64,000 nucleotides of DNA from Eledone cirrhosa (Eukaryota), in assembly GCA_964016885.1 (NCBI GenBank), contig OZ024743.1, forward strand, positions 307,396,001 through 307,460,000. Direction: 5' to 3'. The notes beneath the pieces are model-generated. The model did no database searches and had not been told where the DNA came from. It saw nothing but the letters and a program-made list of their open reading frames with translations. The position numbers and the translations under genes are program-made. Numbering within the stretch: position 1 is the first letter of the stretch; each line of letters starts with the position of its first letter. This document shows positions 26,486 through 38,974 of this stretch, piece by piece.

Positions 26486-26490
<5 letters not shown>
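26410..26490 (-). ncRNA. Type I hammerhead ribozyme with extended stem II
   Basis: atgtctc-CTGATGA-atcc...agacattcc/ggatgtct...ggat-GAAAC-catc-GTA-gagatat. Confidence 0.8.
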
Positions 26491-26542
<52 letters not shown>

Positions 26543-26575
26543 TACATGAATCAAAGTTCTGTTTAAATCATTTAT

Positions 26576-26624
26576 TTGCTTACAATTGTTTCTTCCAAAC
26601 CGAAGTTTGGAGTCTTCGGAGCAA
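26576..26624 (-). ncRNA. Type I hammerhead (CCGAAGA core) in the inverted terminal segment
   Basis: ttgct-CCGAAGA-ctccaaac-ttcg-gtttggaa-GAAAC-aatt-GTA-agcaa. Confidence 0.78.
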
Positions 26625-26711
26625 TTATTCAGTGATTTTTTACATACTTGACCTCCTTTTCAACACAAGAGACATATAGAAACATATGTATATATCAAAG
26701 ACCAACTCTCT

Positions 26712-29123
26712 ATGTCAACCAAGAACATACCAATGCCATCCAAAAATACATATGAAAAATTATTGATCGACAGTGTAAATTCCTTTATCAATAGAGTGAG
26801 ATGGAGGACATTCCATTATGATAAAAACAAATCTAACAAGGTTAATAATACTAACAAATTTGACTCCTTCGGCTTTAAAACCTTTAGAAGCCCCCCTCAT
26901 AACACACTACTAAACTCCTTTGAAAATGACCTAATAAAACTAGTTAAGAATATTAAATACAAAAAGCACCGTAATAAAAACAACACCTTCTTAAACAAAC
27001 TTAGCACCTCTATTAATGATTTCAAAACTAGTAATAAAATTATTGTACATGCGGACAAAACTAATAACATATGCAGCCTAGATTATAATACCTATAGAAA
27101 GTTTATATATAATGAACTACATAAAAGCTAGAAGAAAACCACTATGAAAAACTTAGAAGATATTAATATGGAAGGCTATAATATAGTGTCCAAACTAGGA
27201 CTCCAGAGACATACACAACCATATACCCCAAACCCCCCTAGATTCTCTCTGAAGGACCAGAAGGGGGACTTCATTAGCAACCCCTCGATTAGACTTATCT
27301 GCCCTTCCAAGTCTGACATTGGCATTATCAGTAAGAAAATTTTAGATAAAATCATCCCACAGATTAAACACAAGATATACCTTAAACAATGGGGAAATAT
27401 GGGTGGAGTTATTGAATGGTTCAAAGATATCAAGGATAACAAGGATAAAAAATGTATTCAATTTGATATCAATTCATACTACACCTCTATTTCCCCTATC
27501 CTATTAAATAAGGCACTTATCATGGCCATGGACAATAGTGACCTGACTAGACCCCAGATTGATGTCATACTTGCGGCCCGTAAAACAGTAATCACCTTTG
27601 AAGACCAATTATGGACCCGCAAAGATACGCAAAACAACTTCAACATAACCATGGGATCTAGTGACTCGGCGCAGGTCACTAATTTAGTCAGCCTATATTT
27701 ACTTAACGAAATCCATAGGGACCTTCCATACCTCAACGGTGGTTTGTACCACGATGGTGCACTTCTACTTATAGATTATAAAAAATTCAATATAGAAAGA
27801 ACTAGAAAACTACTGCACAAGACATTCAAAAACTATAACCTTAGTATTACCATGGACAAAAACACTAAAAACGTTAACTTCCTGGACGCCACCCTCTACC
27901 TAGACTCAAAGATATATGCACCTTTCCACAAACCTAATGAAAAACTCATTTACGTAGATACCAAGTCTAACCACCCTAGATCTATATTAAACTCTATCTC
28001 TAAGGGAGTATCTAATAGAATCTCTAATCTATCCTATGACGTAAACATATTTAGCAAAAACTCGCAATATTATAATCAGGCATTAGCTAGATCAGGCCAT
28101 AATATAGAGATCGAGTTCCTACCTACAAAAACACATAGCTACAACATTATTTTGCACAACATGTCCATGAGGAAATTTAGTAATAGGAATAACAACCACA
28201 CACTAATACGGAGGATACCAACAAAAGTAACCCACACCACAGAACCATAAAAGGAAACAACTCACCAGAGATAAAAAACAAAAATAGAAGAAATAATACA
28301 TTTTTCAACCCTCATTTCAATCTAAACGTCTCTACCAACCTACCTAGGGATTTCTTCTCACTACTAGATAAAAACTTCCCATCCGGCCACAAGTACCATA
28401 GCCTTTTAAACAAAAACACTATTAAAATCTCCTACTCTACTACGCCTAACATAGCATACCACATAGCTAGTAGCAATAAAAGAAAAATTAATTTTTACTT
28501 CCAGCAAACTAAATCACAACAGACGATAAACCTTCAAAATTATAGCAACTAACCCTAATATCAATAGAAATAATAGTAATAGCACTAGTGTAAACAATAA
28601 CGCTGGGAACGACAACCCACATAACCATAACCCTATAGCTACCATCCAGACTTCTACACAACATAATAACCGGCAGACTAACACCCAGAATAATTGTAAC
28701 TGTAGATCAAATAGAACCTGCCCTTTAGATAAAAAATGCTTAATCAAGGATATCATATACTCATGCACAGTCACAACTAGCAACTCTTCTGAAACCTATA
28801 TAGGCTCTACTTCAAACTGCTTCAAAACCAGATACAATTCGCACCTCCACTCTTTCAAAAAACACAGTCTGGCCAACTCCACTTCACTATCTAGCTACAT
28901 ACACTATCTAAAAACTAAAAATAAACAATATACACTTAAATGGGAAGTGATAGGTAACGCGACATCGTACAAACCACCTAATAAATTTTGTAACCTCTGT
29001 CTACTAGAGACCCATACTATCATCTTCTCAAACCATAACCTCCTTAATAAAAAATCAGAAGTGTTCGCGTCTTGCCAACACCGCTTCCGACACTCCTTCC
29101 AAAACTTTAAACCCAATATATAA
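26712..29123 (+). pseudogene. Naiad RT + GIY-YIG endonuclease, disrupted
   Basis: KNIP..RVRWR, ADKT, QFDINSYY, TMGS, GGLYHDG, FLD, CNC..CPL, IIY..YIGSTS, CNLC, CQH; in-frame TAG at 27129 and later frameshifts. Confidence 0.92.
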
Positions 29124-30619
29124 CAATGTCAGACTTGAACCCATCACCACCTCTAGCAACAAACATTAGGGGCACACCTTACACCTCATCTCCACACCCA
29201 TTAATCCACTTTAACGCAAATAGTGACATCCTCCTAGTACCTTTTACCCTAGAGATACCCCCATGTACTTCTACTTTTGGTATATTGGCCTTCAATTACT
29301 TAGACTACATTACACCAATATATAATTAATGTAAACTTTAAGCACGGAATTGGTTGTGCTAACATTGTCCTGGGTATGGAGTGCCATCATTGGATAAATG
29401 GAAGATTAATTAATTTATTAACATAAAAGAGCTATATAATCTATATGCTGAGTGCAATGAATTATGTACAGGTGATGTATGAGTTATAAATACATGTATG
29501 ACTTGATGGTCAGATTAGTGTCTTTGTAAGTGAGAATTGATCTCTGGACTACACTAGTGATATTTAACTTTGCCATGCAATCAGACATGCAATGACCCAG
29601 AGCTTACCAGGAGTCATATATAGAAGTGATTCTCATAAGACCCTGCCAGGTTCTGCGGGTGGACTACACTTACAAAGATCATTGATTTGGAGATCTGACT
29701 CTTCATGTAGAATATTCGGTTGTGGCACTCTATGATAGAAGGTAATCATCCTAATATGAACACCTTTAGTACTTCTTGATAGACTACACTGTAATTTATA
29801 GATAAGATACTTAAATTTAGAAATTGTTTATAACCTTATATGATAGGGACTCATTTGAGACACCATTAATGTACTTTAGGATAATAAATTTAGCTATAGA
29901 AATCAGCTAGTTACCTCCCCTTACGCATTAACTCCCCTTAATCACACACACACTTCCGGAATATAATACGATGTCAACTCTCACAACAAAAACAACCTGC
30001 TCTATAGAATCAAATTAGAGAATGACAAGCTGTGATGTTCTAACATGGTTCACCAGGCACCCAATGTTGAATCATCGTGGATTGTGTGATGGACATGTAG
30101 TCTATAAATTGCGTTTCCTGGATTGTGAGAGTGGTGGTGTGTGCGAGGACAGTGGTGCTGTTTTGCTTCTCATTTGTAATATTTTTGATATTTTTGGTGT
30201 TTCTCTACACACGGGCTTCTATATCGTACAGGTGTGTGTGAAAAATTCTTTACCAGTACAGCCCCCATGATGCTCTTGATTGCCTGCTTTGACTGCTTGT
30301 TTTACATGTAACAATCTGCCGCACTGTAATCTTGTATAAATAGGACACGCATGCATGCCTCACGTGTGACTGTTGCATACACTGGCTACTCCAAACTTTC
30401 CTCTTGCTTTATCTTCGTAAACTGCCAATGTTTTATTTTTATTTTTATTTAATTTTAACTTTAATTTTGTCCTTTAATATGACTGTAATCTTTGTATGTA
30501 AATTGCCATGCTATATTATTATAATGGATGTCAACCAACTGTGGGTCAATATATACATATGTTTCTATATGTCTCTTGTGTTGAAAAGGAGGTCAAGTAT
30601 GTAAAAAATCACTGAATAA

Positions 30620-30668
30620 TTGCTCCGAAGACTCCAAACCTCGGTTTGGGAGAAACAATTGTAAGCAA
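30620..30668 (+). ncRNA. Type I hammerhead (CCGAAGA core, palindromic stem III)
   Basis: ttgct-CCGAAGA-ctccaaac-ctcg-gtttggga-GAAAC-aatt-GTA-agcaa. Confidence 0.8.
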
Positions 30669-30870
30669 ATAAATGATTTAAACAGAACTTTGATTCATGT
30701 AATTTCTATATAACTGTCCTGTAAAACAACTGATGTTGTTACATTGAGCTATTTATCTTACTGGTAATAAGATAGTAATAAATTACTGTCTTTCACTATT
30801 TAGGGTTTAAAATATATATAACTATAAAAGGTTTTAGCACATACATAACCATAAATAGTATCCTTAATAC

Positions 30871-30918
30871 TATATATATATATATGTATATATATGTATA
30901 TATATGTATATATATATA

Positions 30919-30998
<80 letters not shown>

Positions 30999-31050
30999 TC
31001 TGTATATATACATATATATATATATCTGTATATATATATATATATATATA

Positions 31051-31085
<35 letters not shown>

Positions 31086-31136
31086 GTATATATATATATA
31101 TATATATATATCTGTATATATATATATATATATATA

Positions 31137-31186
<50 letters not shown>
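30871..31186. repeat. (TA)n microsatellite with TCTG interruptions
   Basis: Direct reading. Confidence 0.95.
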
Positions 31187-31189
<3 letters not shown>

Positions 31190-31660
31190 TCATCATCATT
31201 TTACGTCCACTTTTCCCTGCTTGCAGGGTTGGGACGGGTCTTATTCAGCACATCATCTTTACACTCGTCACGGTCCTTCGTCATCCCCACCGTGAGCTTC
31301 AATGATCTGAGGTCTGTTCTCACCACCTCCGCCCATGTTTTTCGTGGTCTACCTCTACCAAGTCTTCCTTCAACTGGCATTTCCTGGCACTTCTTCACCC
31401 ATCGGTCATCCTCCATGCGCATCACATGTCCATACCACCTCAGTCTCCTCTCCTGTACCCTACATTCTATCCCTCTCAGACACAGTTTCTCTCTCAACAC
31501 ACTTATGTTGAGTCGTTCACGCACATTTACACTGCACATCCAATGGAGCATGCTTGCCTCATTTCTCTCCCGCCGTCGCATATCCTCTGCAGTTGCTGCC
31601 CATGTCTCACTACCATGCAGCATCGTGCTCTTCACACAGGCATCATACAACCGGCCTTTC
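31187..31660 (-). mobile_element. RTE LINE 3' fragment
   Basis: ORF 31201-31650: [26 protein letters not shown]; (ATG)n tail. Confidence 0.9.
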
Positions 31661-31875
31661 GGTTATATATACATATACATATATGTATATATATATATAT
31701 GTATATGTATATATATATATATGTATATGTATATATATATATGTATATATATGTATATATATATATGTATATGTATATATATATGTATATATATATATGT
31801 ATATGTATATATATATGTATATGTATATGTATATATGTATATGTATATATATATATGTATATGTATATATATGAA

Positions 31876-34676
31876 ATATATGAAATATTTAGCAAAAACT
31901 CACAATATTACAATCAAGCATTAGCTAGCTCCGGCCATAATATAGAAATTGAGTTCCTACCTAAGAAAACACATAGCTACAACATCATCTCGCACAACAT
32001 GTCCATGAGGAAACCTAATAATAGGAATAGCAACCACAAGTACACCAAAGCGGAGGGTGCCACCGGAAGTAACCATTACCATGGAAACTACTGTGGGGCC
32101 TTAGGAAGAAGCAACACACCAAACACTAAAAGCAAAAATAGAAGAAATAATACATTTTTCAACCCTCCTTTCAACCTAAATGTCTCCACCAACATACCTA
32201 GGGCTTTCTTCTCACTACTAGATAAAAACTTCCCTCTAGGACACAAGTACCACAACCTCTTAAACAAAAACACCATTAAAATCTCATACTCTACGACGCC
32301 TAACTTAGCATACAACATAGCTAGCAGCAATAATAGTAAAATTAGTTCTTACTTCCAACAAACAAAATCACAACGGGATGCAAACCCTCTAAATACCACT
32401 GTAGCAAGCAACCATAGCAACGGCAGTAACAATAGAAATAACACTAGTATAAGTAATAACACCAGGGTTGTCAACCCGAACGCCCAAAATCCTATAGCTA
32501 CCGCACAGACTTCCACACTGCATTATAACCAGCGGACTAACGCACAGGGTAATTGTAACTGTAGAGCTAATAGAACCTGCCCTTTAGATAAAAAATGCCT
32601 AACCAAGGATATCATATACTCATGCACCGTCACGACTAACAACTCTTCAGAAACCTATGTAGGCTCCACTTCTAACTGCTTCAAAATCAGATATAATTCG
32701 CACATCCACTCGTTCAAAAAGCACAGCCTAGCAAACTCCACCTCACTTTCTAGCTACATACACTATCTAAAAACTAAAAATAAACCATACACACTCAAAT
32801 GGGAAGTGATAGGCAGCGCGACCTCGTACAAACCACCTAATAAATTTTGTAACCTCTGTATACTAGAGACACATAATATTATCTTCTCCAACCGTAACCT
32901 ACTTAACAAAAAATCTGAGGTGTTTGCAACTTGCCAGCACCGCTTCAGACATTCCTTCCAAAACTTTAAGCCCAATATATAGCAATGTCGGACTGGAACC
33001 TAACACCACATCTAGCATCAAACACCAGAGACAGACCTTATACTACATACCCAACACTAACTGATCTATTATAACACAAACAACGACATCCCTCTGGAAC
33101 CCTTCGCAGGGAGAATACCCATTTATACCTCTACGTCAGGTGTGACAACATCCACCCACTTGAACGGCACTACACCGCTCTAAGGGTAATTTGAGCATGA
33201 ATTGATCGGTTGGATAGTGTTGTGCAGAGGAAACACCTTCCTTAGACAGATGAAAAATGATTTAATCTAGTAACGCTGTTGAGCAGTAGGATCAGGCTGC
33301 TGAGCGCAGTGAGTGAATGCATTGCAACTGCCGTGCGGGTTGTACATATATGGATGATCTGACGGTCAGAGAGGGGTCGCGAGGACTGCGGATGATTATC
33401 TTTCGACTTCCAATGTAGCAAGCGATGACCCAGAACTTACCAGAGATCATTGGGTCCTGAAGCAATCCTGCAATCACCGCGCCTGGTCCTATGAGTAGAC
33501 TACAACCACAGAGATCATTAATTTAGAATCCTCGCTCATCATCTATAATTTCCATTTGTGGCACCTTACGATGGGTTAATCCACCATAATAATATGATCA
33601 CCTTCAGCATAACTTAATTAAACTACTCTATAGTTAATACACTTTATGCTTTAAAAATTTTCTTGGAGGATGTGCATCACCATAGAAATTAGGGTCTATA
33701 TTGTGACACATTTTAATAGCTAGGTATAGAAACCCCGGAGTTACCTCCCCGCATGCATTAACTCCCCTTAGCCACACACACACTTCCGGGTGGTATTCAA
33801 TGGCGTTTCTCGAAACGTAACAGCCTCCTGTATTGAACTAAAGAACACCAGACTACGATCTCTAACTGGATTGTCAAACGCTCAATATCGGATTGTCGTG
33901 GATTATGTGAGGGGTATATAATCGAAAAATACACTCCCCTGACCATGAAAATGCCGAAGTACATGAAATACTTGACATCCCTTCGCTGTGCATCTCCAAT
34001 ACTTTTAACACTTTTAATGCTTGCACTATTTTTAATGCTTATAACATTTCTCCACACACAGACTATATCAATCATATAGAGAATTTGCCACCAGATCTAC
34101 CAACCTAACACTCTTGTTTACCTACCTAAGTGCCTCTACCACACATATCTCTCTGCCACACTATATAAATAAGACGCACATGCGTGCCACACATATAACA
34201 TTTGCACTATATAACCGCTTATCTTCATGTTGTATTTTAACCTGTATTTTTGATTTTTGATTGTACCTCTTAATATATATGTAATCTAGAAGTGTGTACT
34301 GCCACTCTAAATTCTGTAATGAATGTTGACCCACAATGTTTGAATATGTATCAATGTTTGAATATGTATCGGTATGTCTCTCGACTGAAAAGGAGGTCAT
34401 ATAACTGTCCATGTATTAATAAATTGCTCCGAAGAATCCAAACCTCGGTTTGGAGGAAACAGCTGTAAGCACAATAATGTTTTGAACAGTTCTTTGATTC
34501 TTATATTTCATATAACTGCTCTGTAAAGCATCTGATGTTTTTACATTGAGCTACTTAACTTACTGGTAATAAGGTAGTAATACATTACTGCCTACCACTA
34601 TTTAGGGTGTGTGTAAAATACTTATAACTGCATAAGGTTTTGTATTTACATAACCATAAATAGTATAACTAATACT
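31876..34676 (+). mobile_element. 5'-truncated Naiad element (GIY-YIG domain + 3' region)
   Basis: Open frame about 31880-32982 with FNPPF, KISYS, CNC..CPL, IIY..YVGSTS; 3' region parallels 29123-30870. Confidence 0.9.
34425..34471 (+). ncRNA. Type I hammerhead (CCGAAGA core, palindromic stem III)
   Basis: tgct-CCGAAGA-atccaaac-ctcg-gtttggag-GAAAC-agct-GTA-agca. Confidence 0.78.
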
Positions 34677-34712
34677 ATGTATATATATATGTATATATAT
34701 ATATGTATATGC

Positions 34713-34770
<58 letters not shown>

Positions 34771-34874
34771 GTATATGTATATATATGTATATATATTTAT
34801 GTATATATATGTATATATATGTATATATATATATGTATATATATGTATGTATATATATGTATATATGTATATGT

Positions 34875-34905
<31 letters not shown>

Positions 34906-34980
34906 TATATATGTATATATATGTATATGTATATGTATATAAATATATATATATATGTATATATATGTATATATATATGT

Positions 34981-35011
<31 letters not shown>

Positions 35012-35187
35012 TATATATGTATATATATGTATATATATATGTATATGTATATGTATATATATATGTATATATATATGTATATATATATGTATATATATAT
35101 GTATATATATATATATGTATATGTATATATATATGTATATATATATATGTATATATATATATGTATATGTATATATATATGTATATG

Positions 35188-35219
<32 letters not shown>

Positions 35220-35253
35220 TGTATATGTATATATATGTATATGTATATATATG

Positions 35254-35286
<33 letters not shown>

Positions 35287-35315
35287 GTATATATGTATAT
35301 ATATGTATATATATG

Positions 35316-35346
<31 letters not shown>

Positions 35347-35382
35347 GTATATGTATATATATGTATATATATATATATATAT
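34677..35382. repeat. (TA)n/(TATG)n microsatellite
   Basis: Direct reading. Confidence 0.95.
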
Positions 35383-35978
35383 ACGTGAACGACAAAGCAT
35401 AAATGAATTGAGAGAGAGACTGAGCATAAGAGGAATCAAATGCTGCGTGCAGGAGAGGCGGTTACGCTGGTATGGACATGTGATGCGTATGAAGGATGAC
35501 AGCTGCATAAAAAGGTGCAGAGCACTAGAAGTTGATGGAAACCGCGGAGTGGGGAGACCCAAGATGACTTGGGATGAGGTGATAAAAGCCGACCTTACCC
35601 AACTACACCTCTCAAAGTCAATGACACACGACCGTGACTTCTGGCGTCACGCAGTAATACAGGGTACCCGACCTCCCATGGGTACATGCTGAAGCATATA
35701 AACAATATGCCCCCCCCCCCACCGCAAGGTGGTCGTGGAGGCGCCACGGCAAAAAAGCACCCAGCCCACACTGTAAAGTGGACGTGTAGGCGCCACGAAA
35801 AAGCACCCAGCACTCACTGTAAATGAGGTTGGTGTTAGGAAGGGCATCCAGCTGTAGAAATCAAGCCAGATCATTTCCTGTATGAGCAAGGCATGGTCAG
35901 CCGACCAGACACTGCCCACAACAGGACAACCCGTCTAACCCATGCTAGCGTGGAAGAACGGACGTAAAACGGTGATGA

Positions 35979-35982
<4 letters not shown>
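35380..35982 (+). mobile_element. RTE LINE 3' fragment with 3'UTR
   Basis: Near-identical to 41781-42394. Confidence 0.9.
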
Positions 35983-36020
<38 letters not shown>

Positions 36021-36117
36021 ATATATAGATAATATATAATATATATAATATATACATAATATATAATATATAATATATAATATATATATATAATATATAA
36101 TATATAGATAATATATA

Positions 36118-36156
<39 letters not shown>

Positions 36157-36164
36157 TAAAATAT

Positions 36165-36899
36165 ATGGTTATAGCTCTGATTTATCCAAATTATTGAGCC
36201 CTCTGCCGCACATATCGGATATTGTTTATCGTTAATTCGTAAGCTGTTTTTCCGATTCTCGATTATTCTACTATATTTAGCTCTAGACCTTAGCTATTGA
36301 CCAGTTAATTTTATTGATTATTTTTTTGTCGATCTTATTGACTGATGAATAGCTCCTGTTTATTTTAACACGTCTGTTGAGCACTCTGATTCGATATGTG
36401 ATATTTTGTATTCTTACATGATTTGCACATCACCAAAATGTTTCGCTAATGTAGAGGTTATCTCCTTTGCTGGGTACCATGTGCGTTTCTGGCTAAGGGT
36501 CTTCTCTTCATTATCGGACGAAATTCCCGTTGAGAAAGCTCTTCCGCGTCCCCCTTTCTCTAGAAGTCTCATATATTTTTTATGTGGGCTGATAGTGATT
36601 GGATTAAGGAATTGCAGAAACCCAAGAAGATAGATTTACCATCCTTCTAGCGGGTCCGGGTGAGTTTTATACATTCATTTCATTTATTGATTTATTGATA
36701 TTTTATTTGAGTGACCCGAATCTTCCTGGTCGTTCTTTTTCGGCTGTACGGGTGATTTTAGGCATGATCTCTATGTGTTGGTAATTTAACGATGGTTATA
36801 GCTCTGATTTATCCAAATTATTGAGCCCTCTGCCACACATATCGGATATTGTTTATCGTTAATTCGTAAGCTGTTTTTCCGATGCTCGATTATTCTACG
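36165..36899 (+). repeat. Diverged relative of the 615-bp satellite unit (about 1.2 units, period about 627 bp)
   Basis: ATGGTTATAGCTCTGATTTATCC occurs at 36165 and 36792; collinear with the array unit. Confidence 0.9.
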
Positions 36900-38160
36900 A
36901 TAATATATAATATATAGATAATATATAATATATATATATATAATATATAGATAATATATAATATATAGATATATAATATATATATATATAATATATAGAT
37001 AATATATAATATATAGATATATAATATATATATATATAATATATAATATATATATAATATATATATATAATATATAATATATAGATAATATATAATATAT
37101 AGATAATATATAATATATATATATATAATATATTATATATAATATATAATATATATATAATATATATATATATATAGATAATATATAATATATATATATA
37201 TAATATATTATATATAATATATATATAATATATATATATATATAGATAATATATAATATATAGATAATATATAATATATATATATATATAATATATATAT
37301 ATATATAGATAATATATAATATATAGATAATATATAATATATGGCTTAGTGGTTAGAGCATTGGCCTTGCAATCGAAAGGTTGTGAGTTCAATTCTCAGA
37401 CCGGGTGATGTGTTGTTTCCTTGAGCAAGACACTTTATTTCACATTGCTCCAGTTTACTCAGCTGTAGAAATGAGATGATAGGGACTGGGGTCCCTATCA
37501 TTCCACTGCAAAGTGGTCGTGGAGGTGCCACGGCAAAAAAGCACCCAGCACTCACTGTAAATGAGGTTGGTGTTAGGAAGGGCATCCAGCTGTAGAAATC
37601 AAGCCAGAATCAGTTCCCGTCCCACCCTTGCAAGCATATATATATATATATATATATACTATATATATATATATATTATATATATATATATATTATATAT
37701 ATATAATATATTATATATAATATATATATATATAATATATATATATATATAGTATATATACTATATATAGTATATATATATATATATAATATATATAATA
37801 TATATATATATATAGTATATATACTATATATAGTATATATATATATATATAATATATATATATATAATATATATATATATATAGTATATATACTATATAT
37901 ATATAATATATTATATATAATATATTATATATATATAATATATATATATATATAATATATATATATATATATAGTATATATATATATATATATAATATAT
38001 ATATATATAGTATATATACTATATATAGTATATATATATATATATAATATATATATATATATAGTATATATACTATATATATATAGTATATATACTATAT
38101 ATATATAAATATAATATATATATATATATAAATATAATATATATATATATATATATATAA

Positions 38161-38248
<88 letters not shown>

Positions 38249-38278
38249 TATAATATATATATATATATAATATATATA
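36900..38278. repeat. (TA)n-type microsatellite tracts
   Basis: Direct reading; contains a SINE. Confidence 0.95.
37341..37636 (+). mobile_element. SINE family A, tail lost
   Basis: Family match. Confidence 0.88.
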
Positions 38279-38508
38279 CAGTATTTACGTATCGAGAGAG
38301 AGAAAAAAAAAAGGGGGGGGGGGGGTGATAGGTGATACATATAGTTATTTGCCAAGTAGCGTATGCCAAAGGTGCTCGATACTAGTGCCGGCAGTATTAA
38401 ATATTCGAAGTGTTAATATTTAGTAGGCTAGAGAGTTAGCAGAGCATAAGCACGTGGGAAAGTAAAAAATCGGAGAATAGACCGTTAAAAAAATGTTTAT
38501 TTAAAACA

Positions 38509-38548
38509 GCACCTACGTATGTTTTGCCCAGTTGGGCTTCTCAAGGGC
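38509..38548 (-). ncRNA. Minimal hammerhead variant (UUGAGAA core, G12 replaced by A)
   Basis: gccc-TTGAGAA-gccc-aact-gggc-AAAAC-atac-GTA-ggtgc. Confidence 0.5.
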
Positions 38549-38974
38549 ATAAATAATCAAAAGTGTTCCTTACATTGCTCGGAAAGAGTTTTTTGGGTTA
38601 AATCCACGTCAAGGTTCATTGCACACAAAAATAGCTTGTTTTGATTTTGCAGCAGGTCAAGGGAGGTAACTCTGGCCGGTGTTAAGGCAGTCTTTCATGG
38701 ACAAATTGCCGCATCTGTTTGTCTGAGTCGTTTGAGGCTGGGTCTGGTCTGGTTTCTTGGGTGTTATTTTGCAGCGCCTGCCCGCCGGGGTGTTAAGACT
38801 TGTTGCAGGGAGATCCGGTGCACGGTTTCACTCCTCATCCTTAACCCATCTGAAGAAGGATATTTTTAAGCGATGTGTACAACTTATCACTGTTTCAGCT
38901 CTGCTGTTGATGAGCTCGTGGGGTGCAGTTATGATGTGGTTAGAGCTCCATGAGGCAAAGATCGCATTTCCTCT

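Larger units (their letters stand above)
26538..30870 (+). mobile_element. Near full-length Penelope-like (Naiad) element with inverted 5' copy of its 3' region
   Basis: RT-GIY-YIG ORF, 1.7-kb 3' region with hammerhead, 26538-26695 inverted to 30549-30706, both ends in (TA)n. Confidence 0.92.

Noticed and set aside
28690-29123. Selenocysteine recoding as reported for some Naiad elements
   Set aside because: Conserved Cys positions use TGT/TGC; the stop examined at 27129 is TAG, not TGA
31426-32982. 518-aa ORF as a novel gene
   Set aside because: Accidental read-through of antisense RTE, microsatellite and the Naiad GIY-YIG frame; only about 31880 onward is real coding sequence
36340-36380. 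CTGATGA inside the diverged satellite unit
   Set aside because: No downstream GAAA, and the array has GTGATGA at this position
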